Below, piece by piece: positions 1 to 15,500 of a DNA stretch of 64,000 nucleotides. The notes beneath the pieces are model-generated. The model was not told the DNA's origin, searched no databases, and was given only the letters and a program-made list of their open reading frames with translations. The stretch's first letter is position 1; each line of letters opens with the position of its first letter. The stretch is taken from NCBI GenBank assembly GCA_964016885.1, contig OZ024740.1, forward strand, positions 279,682,001-279,746,000. The letters run 5' to 3'. The translations under genes and the position numbers were made by a program. The DNA comes from Eledone cirrhosa (taxonomy: Eukaryota).

Positions 1-3000
1 AAAATGGATCCAACAAATAAAAAATGGATCACCCAAATAAAAAATGGATCACCCAAATAAAAAATGGATCACCCAAATAAAAAATGGATCCCCCAAATAA
101 AGAATGGATCACCCAAATAAAAAATGGATACCCCAAATAAAAAATGGATCCACCAAATAAAAAATGGATCACCCAAATAAAAAATGGATTACCCAAATGT
201 AAAATGGATCCCCCAAATAAAAATAGGGTCCCCCAAATAAAAATGGATCCCGCAAATAAAAAATGGATCCAACAAATAAAAAATGAATCACCCAAATAAA
301 AAATGGATCACCCAAATCAAAAATGGATCTCCCAAATAAAAAATGGATCCCCCAAATAAAAAATGGATCACCCAAATAAAAAATGGATCCCCCAAATAAA
401 AAATGGATCACCCAAATCAAAAATGGATCACCCAAATAAAAAATGGATCCCCCAAATAAAAAATGGATCACCCAAATAAAAAATGGATCACCCAAATAAA
501 AAATGGATCACCCAAATAAAAAATTGGATCACCCAAATAAAAAATGGATCCCCCAAATAAAAAATGGATCACACAAATAAAATATGGATCACCCAAATAA
601 AAAATGGATCACCCAAATAAAAAATGGATCCCCCAAATAAAAAATGGATCACCCAAATAAAAAATGGATCCCCCAAATAAAAAATGGATCTGCCAAATAA
701 AAAATGGATCACACAAATAAAAAATGGATCCCCCAAATAAAAATGGATCCGCCAAATAAAAAATGGATCACACAAATAAAAAATGGATCCCCCAAATAAA
801 AATGGATCACCCAACTAAAAAATGGATCAGCTAAATAAAAAATGGATCCCCCAAATAAAAAATGGATCACCCAAATAAAAAATGGATCCCCCAAATAAAA
901 AATGGATCCCCCAAATAAAAAATGGAACCCCAAATAAAAAATGGATCCCCCAAATAAAAAATGGATCCCCCAAATAAAAAATGGATCCAACAAATAAAAA
1001 ATGGATCACCCAAATAAAAAATGGATCCCCCAAATAAAAAATGGATCACCCAAACAAAAACTGGATCACCCAAATAAAAAATGGATCACCCAAATAAAAA
1101 ATGGATCCCCCAAATAAAAAATGGATCACCCAAATAAAAAATGGATCACCCAAATGTAAAATGGATCCCCCAAATAAAAAATGGAACCCCCAAATAAAAA
1201 ATAGATCCCCCAAATAAAAAATGGATCCAACAAATAAAAAATGGATCACCCAAATAAAAAATGGATCACCCAAATAAAAAATGGATCACCCAAATAAAAA
1301 ATGGATCACCCAAATAAAAAATGGATCCCCCAAATAAAAAATGGATCACCCAAATAAAAAATGGATACCCCAAATAAAAAATGGATCCACCAAATAAAAA
1401 ATGGATCACCCAAATAAAAAATGGATCACCCAAATGTAAAATGGATCACCCAAATGTAAAATGGACCCCCCAAATAAAAATAGGTTCCCCCAAATAAAAA
1501 TAGATCCCCCAAATAAAAAATGGATCCAACAAATAAAAAATGGATCACCAAAATAAAAAATGGGTCACCAAAATAAAAAATGGATCTCCCAAATAAAAAA
1601 TGGATCACCCAAATAAAAAATGGATCACCCAAATAAAAAATGGATCCCCCAAATAAAAAATGTATCACCCAAATAAAAAATGGATCCCCCAAATAAAAAA
1701 TGGATCACCCAAATAAAAAATGGTTCCCCCAAATAAAAAATGTATCTGCCAAATAAAAAATGGATCACACAAATAAAAAATGGATCCCCCAAATAAAAAT
1801 GGATCCGCCAAATAAAAAATGGATCACACAAATAAAAAATGGATCCCCCAAATAAAAATGGATCACCCAACTAAAAAATGGATCACCTAAATAAAAAATG
1901 GATCCCCAAATAAAAAATGGATCCCCCAAATAAAAAATGGATCCGCCAAATAAAAAATGGATCACACAAATAAAAAATGGATCCCCCAAATAAAAATGGA
2001 TCACCCAACTAAAAAATGGATCACCTAAATAAAAAATGGATCCCCCAAATAAAAAATGGATCACCCAAATAAAAAATGGAACCCCCAAATAAAAAATGGA
2101 TCCCCCAAATAAAAAATGGATCCCCCAAATAAAAAATGGATCACCCAAATAAAAAATGGATCACCCAAATGTAAAATGGATCCCCCAAATAAAAAATGGA
2201 ACCCCCAAATAAAAAATGGATCCCCCAAATAAAAAATGGATCCAACAAATAAAAAATGGATCACCCAAATAAAAAATGGATCCCCCAAATAAAAAATGGA
2301 TCACCCAAACAAAAACTGGATCACCCAAATAAAAAATGGATCACCCAAATAAAAAATGGATCCCCCAAATAAAAAATGGATCACCCAAATAAAAAATGGA
2401 TCACCCAAATGTAAAATGGATCCCCCAAATAAAAAATGGAACCCCCAAATAAAAAATGGATCCCCCAAATAAAAAATGGATCCAACAAATAAAAAATGGA
2501 TCACCCAAATAAAAAATGGATCACCCAAATAAAAAATGGATCCCCCAAATAAAGAATGGATCACCCAAATAAAAAATGGATACCCCAAATAAAAAATGGA
2601 TCCACCAAATAAAAAATGGATCACCCAAATAAAAAATGGATTACCCAAATGTAAAATGGATCCCCCAAATAAAAATAGGGTCCCCCAAATAAAAATGGAT
2701 CCCGCAAATAAAAAATGGATCCAACAAATAAAAAATGAATCACCCAAATAAAAAAGGGATCACCCAAATCAAAAATGGATCTCCCAAATAAAAAATGGAT
2801 CCCCCAAATAAAAAATGGATCACCCAAATAAAAAATGGATCCCCCAAATAAAAAATGGATCACCCAAATCAAAAATGGATCACCCAAATAAAAAATGGAT
2901 CCCCCAAATAAAAAATGGATCACCCAAATAAAAAATGGATCACCCAAATAAAAAATGGATCACCCAAATAAAAAATTGGATCACCCAAATAAAAAATGGA

Positions 3001-3520
3001 TCCCCCAAATAAAAAATGGATCACCCAACTAAAAAATGGATCAGCTAAATAAAAAATGGATCCCCCAAATAAAAAATGGATCACCCAAATAAAAAATGGA
3101 TCCCCCAAATAAAAAATGGATCCCCCAAATAAAAAATGGATCCCCCAAATAAAAAATGGATCCCCCAAATAAAAAATGGATCCAACAAATAAAAAATGGA
3201 TCACCCAAATAAAAAATGGATCACCCAAATAAAAAATGGATCACCCAAACAAAAACTGGATCACCCAAATAAAAAATGGATCACCCAAATAAAAAATGGA
3301 TCCCCCAAATAAAAAATGTATCACCCTAATAAAAAATGGATACCCCAAATAAAAAATGGATCCCCCAAATAAAAAATGGATCACCCAAATAAAAAATGGA
3401 TCACCCAAATAAAATATGGATCACCCAAATAAAAAATGGATCACCCAAATAAAAAATGGATCCCCCAAATAAAAAATGTATCACCCAAATAAAAAATGGA
3501 TCCCCCAAATAAAAAATGGA

Positions 3521-6500
3521 TCCATTTTTTATTTGAGGGATCCATTTTTTATTTGGGTGATCCATTTTTTATTTGGGTGATCCATTTTTTATTTGATGGA
3601 TCCCCAAATAAAAAATGGCCCCCCAAATAAAAAATGGATCCCCCAAATAAAAAATGGATCACCCAAATAAAAAATGGATCCCCCAAATAAAAAATGGATC
3701 ACCCAAATAAAAAATGGATCCCCCAAATAAAAAATGGATCCCCCAAATAAAAAATGGATCACCCAAATAAAAAATGGATCCCCAAATAAAAAATGGATCA
3801 CCCAAATAAAAAATAGATCCCCCAAATAAAAAATGGATCCAACAAATAAAAAATGGATCACCAAAATAAAAAATCGGTCACGAAAATAAAAAATGGATCT
3901 CCCAAATAAAAAATGGATCACCCAAATAAAAAATGGATCACCCAAATAAAAAATGGATCCCCCAAATAAAAAATGGATCACCCAAATCAAAAATGGATCA
4001 CCCAAATAAAAAATGGATCACCCAAATAAAAAATGGATCACCCAAATAAAAAATGGATCCCCCAAATAAAAAATGCATCACCCTAATAAAAAATGGATAC
4101 CCCAAATAAAAAATGGATCCCCCAAATAAAAAATGGATCACCCAAATAAAAAATGGATCACCCAAATAAAATATGGATCACCCAAATAAAAAATGGATCA
4201 CCCAAATAAAAAATGGATCCCCCAAATAAAAAATGTATCACCCAAATAAAAAATGGATCCCCCAAATAAAAAATGGATCCATTTTTTATTTGAGGGATCC
4301 ATTTTTTATTTGGGTGATCCATATTTTATTTGGGTGATCCATTTTTTATTTGATGGATCCCCAAATAAAAAATGGCCCCCCAAATAAAAAATGGATCCCC
4401 CAAATAAAAAATGGATCACCCAAATAAAAAATGGATCCCCCAAATAAAAAATGGATCACCCAAATAAAAAATGGATCCCCCAAATAAAAAATGGATCCCC
4501 CAAATAAAAAATGGATCACCCAAATAAAAAATGGATCCCCAAATAAAAAATGGATCACCCAAATAAAAAATAGATCCCCAAAATAAAAAATGGATCACCC
4601 AAATAAAGAATGGATCACCCAAATAAAAAATGGATCACCCAAATAAAAAATCGATCCCCTAAATAAAATATGGATCACCCAAATAAAAAATGGATCCCCC
4701 AAATAAAAAATGGATCACCCAAACAAAAACTGGATCAACCAAATAAAAAATGGATCCCCCAAATAAAAAATGGATCCCCCAAATAAAAAATGGATCCATT
4801 TTTTATTTGGGGGATCCATTTTTTATTTGGGTGATCCATTTTTTATTTGGCTGATCCATTTTTTATTTGGGTGATCCATATTTTATTTGATGGATCCCCC
4901 ATATAAAAAATGGAACCCCCAAATAAAAAATGGATCACCCAAATAAAAAATGGATCACCCAAATGTAAAAGGGATCCCCCAAATAAAAAATGGAACCCCC
5001 AAATAAAAAATGGATCCCCCAAATAAAAAATGGATCCAACAAATAAAAAATGGATCACCCAAATAAAAAATGGATCACCCAAATAAAAAATGGATCCCCC
5101 AAATAAAAAATGGATCCCCCAAATAAAAAATGGATCCCCAAAATAAAAAATGGATCCCCCAAATAAAAAATGGATACCCAAATAAAAAATGGATCCCCCA
5201 AATATAAAATGGATCACACAAATAAAAAATGGATCCCCCAAATAAAAAATGGATCACCCAAATAAAAAATGGATCACCCAAATAAAAAATGGATCACCCA
5301 AATAAAAAATGGATCCCCCAAATAAAAAATGGATCACCCAAATAAAAAATGGATCACCCAAATAAAAAATGGATCACCCAAATAAAAAATGGATCCCCAA
5401 AATAAAAAATGGATCACCCAAATAAAAAATGGATCCCCCAAATAGAAAATGGATCACCCAAATAAAAAATGGATCACCCAAATAAAAAATGGATCCATTT
5501 TTTATTTGGGGGATCCATTTTTTATTTGGGTGATCCATTTTTTATTTGATGGATCCCCAAATAAAAAATGGATCCCCCAAATAAAAAATGGATCTCCAAA
5601 ATAAAAAATGGATCCCCCAAATAAAAAATGGATCACCCAAATAAAAAATGGATCACCCAAATGTAAAATGTATCCCCCAAATAAAAAATGGATCCCCCAA
5701 ATAAAAATGGATCCATTTTTTATTTGGGGGATCCATTTTTTATTTGGGGGATCCATTTTTTATTTGGGTGATCCATTTTTTATTTTGGAGATCCATTTTT
5801 TATTTGGGGGATCCATTTTTTATTTGGGTGATCCATTTTTTATTTGGGTGATCCATTTTTTATTTGATGGAACCCCCAAATAAAAAATGGAACACCCAAA
5901 TAAAAAATGGATCCCCCAAATAAAAAATGGATCACCCAAATAAAAAATGGATCCCCCAAATAAAAAATGGATCACCCAAATAAAAAATGGATCCCCCAAA
6001 TAAAAAATGGATCACCCAAATAAAAAATAGATCCCCAAAATAAAAAATAGATCACCCAAATAAAAAATGGATCACCCAAATAAAAAATGGATCACCCAAA
6101 TAAAAAATGGATCCCCTAAATAAAATATGGATCACCCAAATAAAAAATGGATCCCCCAAATAAAAAATGGATCACCCAAACAAAAACTGCATCACCCAAA
6201 TAAAAAATGGATTCCCCAAATAAAAAATGGATCACCCAAATAAAAAATGGATCCATTTTTTATTTGGGGGATCCATTTTTTATTTGGGTGATGCCTTTTT
6301 TATTTGGGTGATCCATTTTTTATTTGATGGATCCCCCAAATAAAAAATGGAACCCCCAAATAAAAATGGATCCCCCAAATAAAAAATGGATCACCCAAAT
6401 AAAAAAGGGATCACCCAAATAAAAAATGGATCACCCAAATAAAAAATGGATCCCCCAAATAAAAAATGGATCACCCAATTACTAAATGGATCACCCAAAT

Positions 6501-9500
6501 GTAAAATGGATCCCCCAAATAAAAAATGGAACCCCCAAATAAAAAATGGTTCCCACAAATAAAAAATGGATCCACAAATAAAAAATGGATCACCCAAATA
6601 AAAAATGGATCACCCAAATAAAAAATGGATCCCCCAAATAAAAAATGGATCCCCAAAATAAAAAATGGATCACCCAAATAAGAAATGGATACCCAAATAA
6701 AAAATGGATCCCCCAAATATAAAATGGATCACACAAATAAAAAATGGATCCCCCAAATAAAAAATGGATCACCAAAATAAAAAATGGATCACCCAAATAA
6801 AAAATGGATCCATTTTTTATTTGGGGGATCCATTTTTTATTTGGGTGATCCATTTTTTATTTGATGGATCCCCCAAATAAAAAATGGAACCCCCAAATAA
6901 AAAATGGATCCCCCAAATAAAAAATGGATCCCCCAAATAAAAAATGGATCACCCAAATAAAAAATGGATCCCCCAAATAAAAAATGGATCACCCAAATCA
7001 AAAATGGATCACCCAAATAAAAAATGGATCCCCCAAATAAAAAATGGATCTCCAAAATAAAAAATGGATCCCCCAAATAAAAAATGGATCACCCAAATAA
7101 AAAATGGATCACCCAAATGTAAAATGGATCCCCCAAATAAAAAATGGATCCCCCAAATAAAAATGGATCCATTTTTTATTTGGGGGATCCATTTTTTATT
7201 TGAGTGATCCATTTTTTATTTGGGTGATCCATTTTTTATTTGATGGAACCCCCAAATAAAAAATGGATCCCCCAAATAAAAAATGGATCACCCAAATAAA
7301 AAATGGATCCCCCAAATAAAAAATGGATCACCCAAATAAAAAATGGATCCCCCAAATAAAAAATGGATCACCCAAATAAAAAATAGATCCCCAAAATAAA
7401 AAATAGATCACCCAAATAAAAAATGGATCACCCAAATAAAAAATGGATCACCCAAATAAAAAATGGATCCCCTAAATAAAATATGGATCACCCAAATAAA
7501 AAATGGATCCCCCAAATAAAAAATGGATCACCCAAACAAAAACTGCATCACCCAAATAAAAAATGGATTCCCCAAATAAAAAATGGATCACCCAAATAAA
7601 AAATGGATCCATTTTTTATTTGGGGGATCCATTTTTTATTTGGGTGATCCCTTTTTTATTTGGGTGATCCATTTTTTATTTGACGGATCCCCCAAATAAA
7701 AAATGGAACCCCCAAATAAAAATGGATCCCCCAAATAAAAAATGGATCACCCAAATAAAAAAGGGATCACCCAAATAAAAAATGGATCACCCAAATAAAA
7801 AATGGATCCCCCAAATAAAAAATGGATCACCCAATTACTAAATGGATCACCCAAATGTAAAATGGATCCCCCAAATAAAAAATGGAACCCCCAAATAAAA
7901 AATGGATCCCACAAATAAAAAATGGATCCACAAATAAAAAATGGATCACCCAAATAAAAAATGGATCACCCAAATAAAAAATGGATCCCCCAAATAAAAA
8001 ATGGATCCCCAAAATAAAAAATGGATCACCCAAATAAGAAATGGATACCCAAATAAAAAATGGATCCCCCAAATATAAAATGGATCACACAAATAAAAAA
8101 TGGATCCCCCAAATAAAAAATGGATCACCCAAATAAAAAATGGATCACCCAAATAAAAAATGGATCACCCAAATAAAAATTGGATCGCCCAAATAAAAAA
8201 TGGATCCCCCAAATAAAAAATGGATCATCCAAATAAAAAATGGATCCCCCAAATAAAAAATGGATCACCCAAATAAAAAATGGATCACCCAAATAAAAAA
8301 TGGATCACCCAAATAAAAAATGGATCCCCCAAATAAAAAATGGATCCCCCAAATAAAAAATGGATCCATTTTTTGTTTGGGGGTCCATTTTTTATTTGGG
8401 TGATCCATTTTTTATTTGGGTGATCCATTTTTTGTTTGATGGATCCCCCAAATAAAAAATGGGACCCCCAAATAAAAAATGGATCCCCCAAATAAAAAAT
8501 GAATACCCAAATAAAAAATGGATCCCCCAAATATAAAATGGATCACACAAATAAAAAATGGATCCCCCAAATAAAAAATGGATCACCCAAATAAAAAATG
8601 GATCATCCAAATAAAAAATGGATCACCCAAATAAAAAATGGATCACCCAAATAAAAAATGGACCACCCAAATAAAAAATGGATCCCTCAAATCAAAAATG
8701 GATCACCCACATAAAAAATGGATCACCCAAATAAAAAATGGATCACCGAAATAAAAAATGGATCCCCCAAATAAAAAATGGATCACCCAAATAAAAAATG
8801 GATCACCCAAATAAAAAATGGATCCCCCGAATAAAAAATGGATCCCCCAAATAAAAAATGGATCACCCAAATAAAAAATGGATCCCCCAAATAAAAAATG
8901 GATCACCCAAATAAAAAATGGATCCCCCAAATAAAAAAATGGATCACCCAAATAAAAAATGGATCCCCAAAATAAAAAATGGATCACCCAAATAAAAAAT
9001 GGATCCCCCAAATAAAAAATGGATCACCCAAATAAAAAATGCATCACCCAAATAAAAAATGGATCACCCAAATAAAAAATGGATCCCCAAAATAAAAAAT
9101 GGATCACCCAAATAAAAAATGGATCACCCAAATAAAAAATGGATCACCCAAATAAAAAATGGATCCCCTAATTAAAATATGGATCACCCAAATAAAAAAT
9201 GGATCCCCCAAATAAAAAATGGATCACCCAAACAAAAACTGCATCACCCAAATAAAAAATGGATTCCCCAAATAAAAAATGGATCACCCAAATAAAAAAT
9301 GGATCCATTTTTTATTTGGGTGATCCATTTTTTATTTGATGGATCCCCCAAATAAAAAATGGAACCCCCAAATAAAAATGGATCACCCAAATAAAAAATG
9401 GATCCCCCAAATAAAAAATGGATCACCCAATTACTAAATGGATCACCCAAATGTAAAATGGATCCCCCAAATAAAAAATGGAACCCCCAAATAAAAAATG

Positions 9501-12500
9501 GATCCCACAAATAAAAAATGGGTCCACAAATAAAAAAATGGATCACCCAAATAAAAAATGGATCACCCAAATAAAAAATGGATCCCCCAAATAAAAAATG
9601 TATCCCCAAAATAAAAAATGGATCACCCAAATAAGAAATGGATACCCAAATAAAAAATGGATCCCCCAAATATAAAATGGATCACACAAATACAAAATGG
9701 ATCCCCCAAATAAAAAATGGATCACCCAAATAAAAAATGGATCACCCAAATAAAAAATGGATCACCCAAATAAAAAATGGATCCCCCAAATAAAAAATGG
9801 ATCCCCAAAATAAAAAATGGATCACCCAAATAAGAGATGGATACCCAAATAAAAAATGGATCCCCCAAATATAAAATGGATCACACAAATAAAAAATGGA
9901 TCCCCCAAATAAAAAATGGATCACCCAAATAAAAAATGGATCACCCAAATAAAAAATGGATCACCCAAATAAAAATTGGATCGCCCAAATAAAAAATGGA
10001 TCCCCCAAATAAAAAATGGATCATCCAAATAAAAAATGGATCCCCCAAATAAAAAATGGATCACCCAAATAAAAAATGGATCACCCAAATAAAAAATGGA
10101 TCACCCAAATAAAAAATGGATCCCCCAAATATAAAATGGATCCCCCAAATAAAAAATGGATCCATTTTTTCTTTGGGGGGTCCATTTTTTATTTGGGTGA
10201 TCCATTTTTTATTTGGGTGATCCATTTTTTATTTGATGGATCCCCCAAATAAAAAATGGGACCCCCAAATAAAAAATGGATCCCCCAAATAAAAAATGAA
10301 TACCCAAATAAAAAATGGATCCCCCAAATATAAAATGGATCACACAAATAAAAAATGGATCCCCCAAATAAAAAATGGATCACCCAAATAAAAAATGGAT
10401 CACCCAAATAAAAAATGGATCACCCAAATAAAAAATGGATCACCCAAATAAAAAATGGACCACCCAAATAAAAAATGGATCCCTCAAATCAAAAATGGAT
10501 CACCCACATAAAAAATGGATCACCCAAATAAAAAATGGATCACCGAAATAAAAAATGGATCCCCCAAATAAAAAATGGATCACCCAAATAAAAAATGGAT
10601 CACCCAAATAAAAAATGGATCCCCCGAATAAAAAATGGATCCCCCAAATAAAAAATGGATCACCCAAATAAAAAATGGATCCCCCAAATAAAAAATGGAT
10701 CACCCAAATAAAAAATGGATCCCCCAAATAAAAAATGGATCACCCAAATAAAAAATGGATCCCCAAAATAAAAAATGGATCACCCAAATAAAAAATGGAT
10801 CCCCCAAATAAAAAATGGATCACCCAAATAAAAAATGCATCACCCAAATAAAAAATGGATCACCCAAATAAAAAATGGATCCCCAAAATAAAAAATGGAT
10901 CACCCAAATAAAAAATGGATCACCCAAATAAAAAATGGATCACCCAAATAAAAAATGGATCCCCTAAATAAAATATGGATCACCCAAATAAAAAATGGAT
11001 CCCCCAAATAAAAAATGGATCACCCAAACAAAAACTGCATCACCCAAATAAAAAATGGATTCCCCAAATAAAAAATGGATCACCCAAATAAAAAATGGAT
11101 CCATTTTTTATTTGGGGGATCCATTTTTTATTTGGGTGATCCCTTTTTTATTTGGGTGATCCATTTTTTATTTGATGGATCCCCCAAATAAAAAATGGAA
11201 CCCCCAAATAAAAATGGATCCCCCAAATAAAAAATGGATCACCCAAATAAAAAAGGGATCACCCAAATAAAAAATGGATCACCCAAATAAAAAATGGATC
11301 CCCCAAATAAAAAATGGATCACCCAATTACTAAATGGATCACCCAAATGTAAAATGGATCCCCCAAATAAAAAATGGAACCCCCAAATAAAAAATGGATC
11401 CCACAAATAAGAAATGGATCCACAAATAAAAAATGGCTCACCCAAATAAAAAATGGATCACCCAAATAAAAAATGGATCCCCCAAATAAAAAATGGATCC
11501 CCAAAATAAAAAATGGATCACCCAAATAAGAAATGGATACCCAAATAAAAAATGGATCCCCCAAATATAAAATGGATCACACAAATAAAAAATGGATCCC
11601 CCAAATAAAAAATGGATCACCCAAATAAAAAATGGATCACCCAAATAAAAAATGGATCACCCAAATAAAAATTGGATCGCCCAAATAAAAAATGGATCCC
11701 CCAAATAAAAAATGGATCATTCAAATAAAAAATGGATCCCCCAAATAAAAAATGGATCACCCAAATAAAAAATGGATCACCCAAATAAAAAATGGATCAC
11801 CCAAATAAAAAATGGATCCCCCAAATAAAAAATGGATCCCCCAAATAAAAAATGGATCCATTTTTTGTTTGGGGGTCCATTTTTTATTTGGGTGATCCAT
11901 TTTTTATTTGGGTGATCCATTTTTTGTTTGATGGATCCCCCAAATAAAAAATGGGACCCCCAAATAAAAAATGGATCCCCCAAATAAAAAATGAATACCC
12001 AAATAAAAAATGGATCCCCCAAATATAAAATGGATCACACAAATAAAAAATGGATCCCCCAAATAAAAAATGGATCACCCAAATAAAAAATGGATCACCC
12101 AAATAAAAAATGGATCACCCAAATAAAAAATGGATCACCCAAATAAAAAATGGACCACCCAAATAAAAAATGGATCCCTCAAATCAAAAATGGATCACCC
12201 ACATAAAAAATGGATCACCCAAATAAAAAATGGATCACCGAAATAAAAAATGGATCCCCAAATAAAAAATGGATCACCCAAATAAAAAATGGATCACCCA
12301 AATAAAAAATGGATCCCCCGAATAAAAAATGGATCCCCTAAATAAAATATGGATCACCCAAATAAAAAATGGATCCCCCAAATAAAAAATGGATCACCCA
12401 AACAAAAACTGCATCACCCAAATAAAAAATGGATTCCCCAAATAAAAAATGGATCACCCAAATAAAAAATGGATCCATTTTTTATTTGGGGGATCCATTT

Positions 12501-15500
12501 TTTATTTGGGTGATCCCTTTTTTATTTGGGTGATCCATTTTTTATTTGATGGATCCCCCAAATAAAAAATGGAACCCCCAAATAAAAATGGATCCCCCAA
12601 ATAAAAAATGGATCACCCAAATAAAAAAGGGATTACCCAAATAAAAAATGGATCACCCAAATAAAAAATGGATCCCCCAAATAAAAAATGGATCACCCAA
12701 TTACTAAATGAATCACCCAAATGTAAAATGGATCCCCCAAATAAAAAATGGAACCCCCAAATAAAAAATGGATCCCACAAACAAAAAATGGATCCACAAA
12801 TAAAAAATGGATCACCCAAATAAAAAATGGATCACCCAAATAAAAAATGGATCCCCCAAATAAAAAATGGATCCCCAAAATAAAAAATGGATCACCCAAA
12901 TAAGAAATGGATACCCAAATAAAAAATGGATCCCCCAAATATAAAATGGATCGCACAAATAAAAAATGGATCCCCCAAATAAAAAATGGATCACCCAAAT
13001 AAAAAATGGATCACCCAAATAAAAAATGGATCCCCCAAATAAAAAATGGATCATCCAAATAAAAAATGGATCCCCCAAATAAAAAATGGATCACCCAAAT
13101 AAAAAATGGATCACCCAAATAAAAAATGGATCACCCAAATAAAAAATGGATCCCCCAAATAAAAAATGGATCCCCCAAATAAAAAATGGATCCATTTTTT
13201 GTTTGGGGGGTCCATTTTTTATTTGGGTGATCCATTTTTTATTTGGGTGATCCATTTTTTATTTGATGGATCCCCCAAATAAAAAATGGGACCCCCAAAT
13301 AAAAAATGGATCCCCCAAATAAAAAATGAATACCCAAATAAAAAATGGATCCCCCAAATATAAAATGGATCACACAAATAAAAAATGGATCCCCCAAATA
13401 AAAAATGGATCACCCAAATAAAAAATGGATCACCCAAATAAAAAATGGATCACCCAAATAAAAAATGGATCACCCAAATAAAAAATGGACCACCCAAATA
13501 AAAAATGGATCCCTCAAATCAAAAATGGATCACCCACATAAAAAATGGATCACCCAAATAAAAAATGGATCACCGAAATAAAAAATGGATCCCCCAAATA
13601 AAAAATGGATCACCCAAATAAAAAATGGATCACCCAAATAAAAAATGGATCCCCCGAATAAAAAATGGATCCCCCAAATAAAAAATGGATCACCCAAATA
13701 AAAAATGGATCCCCCAAATAAAAAATGGATCACCCAAATAAAAAATGTATCCCCCAAATAAAAAAATGGATCACCCAAATAAAAAATGGATCCCCAAAAT
13801 AAAAAATGGATCACCCAAATAAAAAATGGATCCCCCAAATAAAAAATGGATCACCCAAATAAAAAATGCATCACCCAAATAAAAAATGGATCACCCAAAT
13901 AAAAAATGGATCCCCAAAATAAAAAATGGATCACCCAAATAAAAAATGGATCACCCAAATAAAAAATGGATCACCCAAATAAAAAATGGATCCCCTAAAT
14001 AAAATATGGATCACCCAAATAAAAAATGGATCCCCCAAATAAAAAATGGATCACCCAAACAAAAACTGCATCACCCAAATAAAAAATGGATTCCCCAAAT
14101 AAAAAATGGATCACCCAAATAAAAAATGGATCCATTTTTTATTTGGGGGATCCATTTTTTATTTGGGTGATCCCTTTTTTATTTGGGTGATCCATTTTTT
14201 ATTTGATGGATCCCCCAAATAAAAAATGGAACCCCCAAATAAAAATGGATCCCCCAAATAAAAAATGGATCACCCAAATAAAAAAGGGATCACCCAAATA
14301 AAAAATGGATCACCCAAATAAAAAATGGATCCCCCAAATAAAAAATGGATCACCCAATTACTAAATGGATCACCCAAATGTAAAATGGATCCCCCAAATA
14401 AAAAATGGAACCCCCAAATAAAAAATGGATCCCACAAATAAAAAATGGATCCACAAATAAAAAATGGATCACCCAAATAAAAAATGGATCACCCAAATAA
14501 AAAATGGATCCACCAAATAAAAAATGGATCCCCAAAATAAAAAATGGATCACCCAAATAAGAAATGGATACCCAAATAAAAAATGGATCCCCCAAATATA
14601 AAATGGATCACACAAATAAAAAATGGATCCCCCAAATAAAAAATGGATCACCCAAATAAAAAATGGATCACCCAAATAAAAAATGGATCACCCAAATAAA
14701 AATTGGAACGCCCAAATAAAAAATGGATCCCCCAAATAAAAAATGGATCATCCAAATAAAAAATGGATCCCCCAAATAAAAAATGGATCACCCAAATAAA
14801 AAATGGATCACTCAAATAAAAAATGGATCACCCAAATAAAAAATGGATCCCCCAAATAAAAAATGGATCCCCCAAATAAAAAATGGATCCATTTTTTGTT
14901 TGGGGGGTCCATTTTTTATTTGGGTGATCCATTTTTTATTTGGGTGATCCATTTTTTATTTGATGGATCCCCCAAATAAAAAATGGGACCCCCAAATAAA
15001 AAATGGATCCCCCAAATATAAAATGGATCACACAAATAAAAAATGGATCCCCCAAATAAAAAATGGATCACCCAAATAAAAAATGGATCACCCAAATAAA
15101 AAATGGATCCCCCGAATAAAAAATGGATCCCCCAAATAAAAAATGGATCACCCAAATAAAAAATGGATCCCCCAAATAAAAAATGGATCACCCAAATAAA
15201 AAATGGATCCCCCAAATAAAAAATGGATCACCCAAATAAAAAATGGATCCCCAAAATAAAAAATGGATCACCCAAATAAAAAATGGATCCCCCAAATAAA
15301 AAATGGATCACCCAAATAAAAAATGCATCACCCAAATAAAAAATGGATCACCCAAATAAAAAATGGATCCCCAAAATAAAAAATGGATCATCCAAATAAA
15401 AAATGGATCACCCAAATAAAAAATGGATCCTACAAATAAAAAATGGATCACCCAAATAAAAAATGGATCACCCAAATAAAAAATGGATCCATTTTTTACT

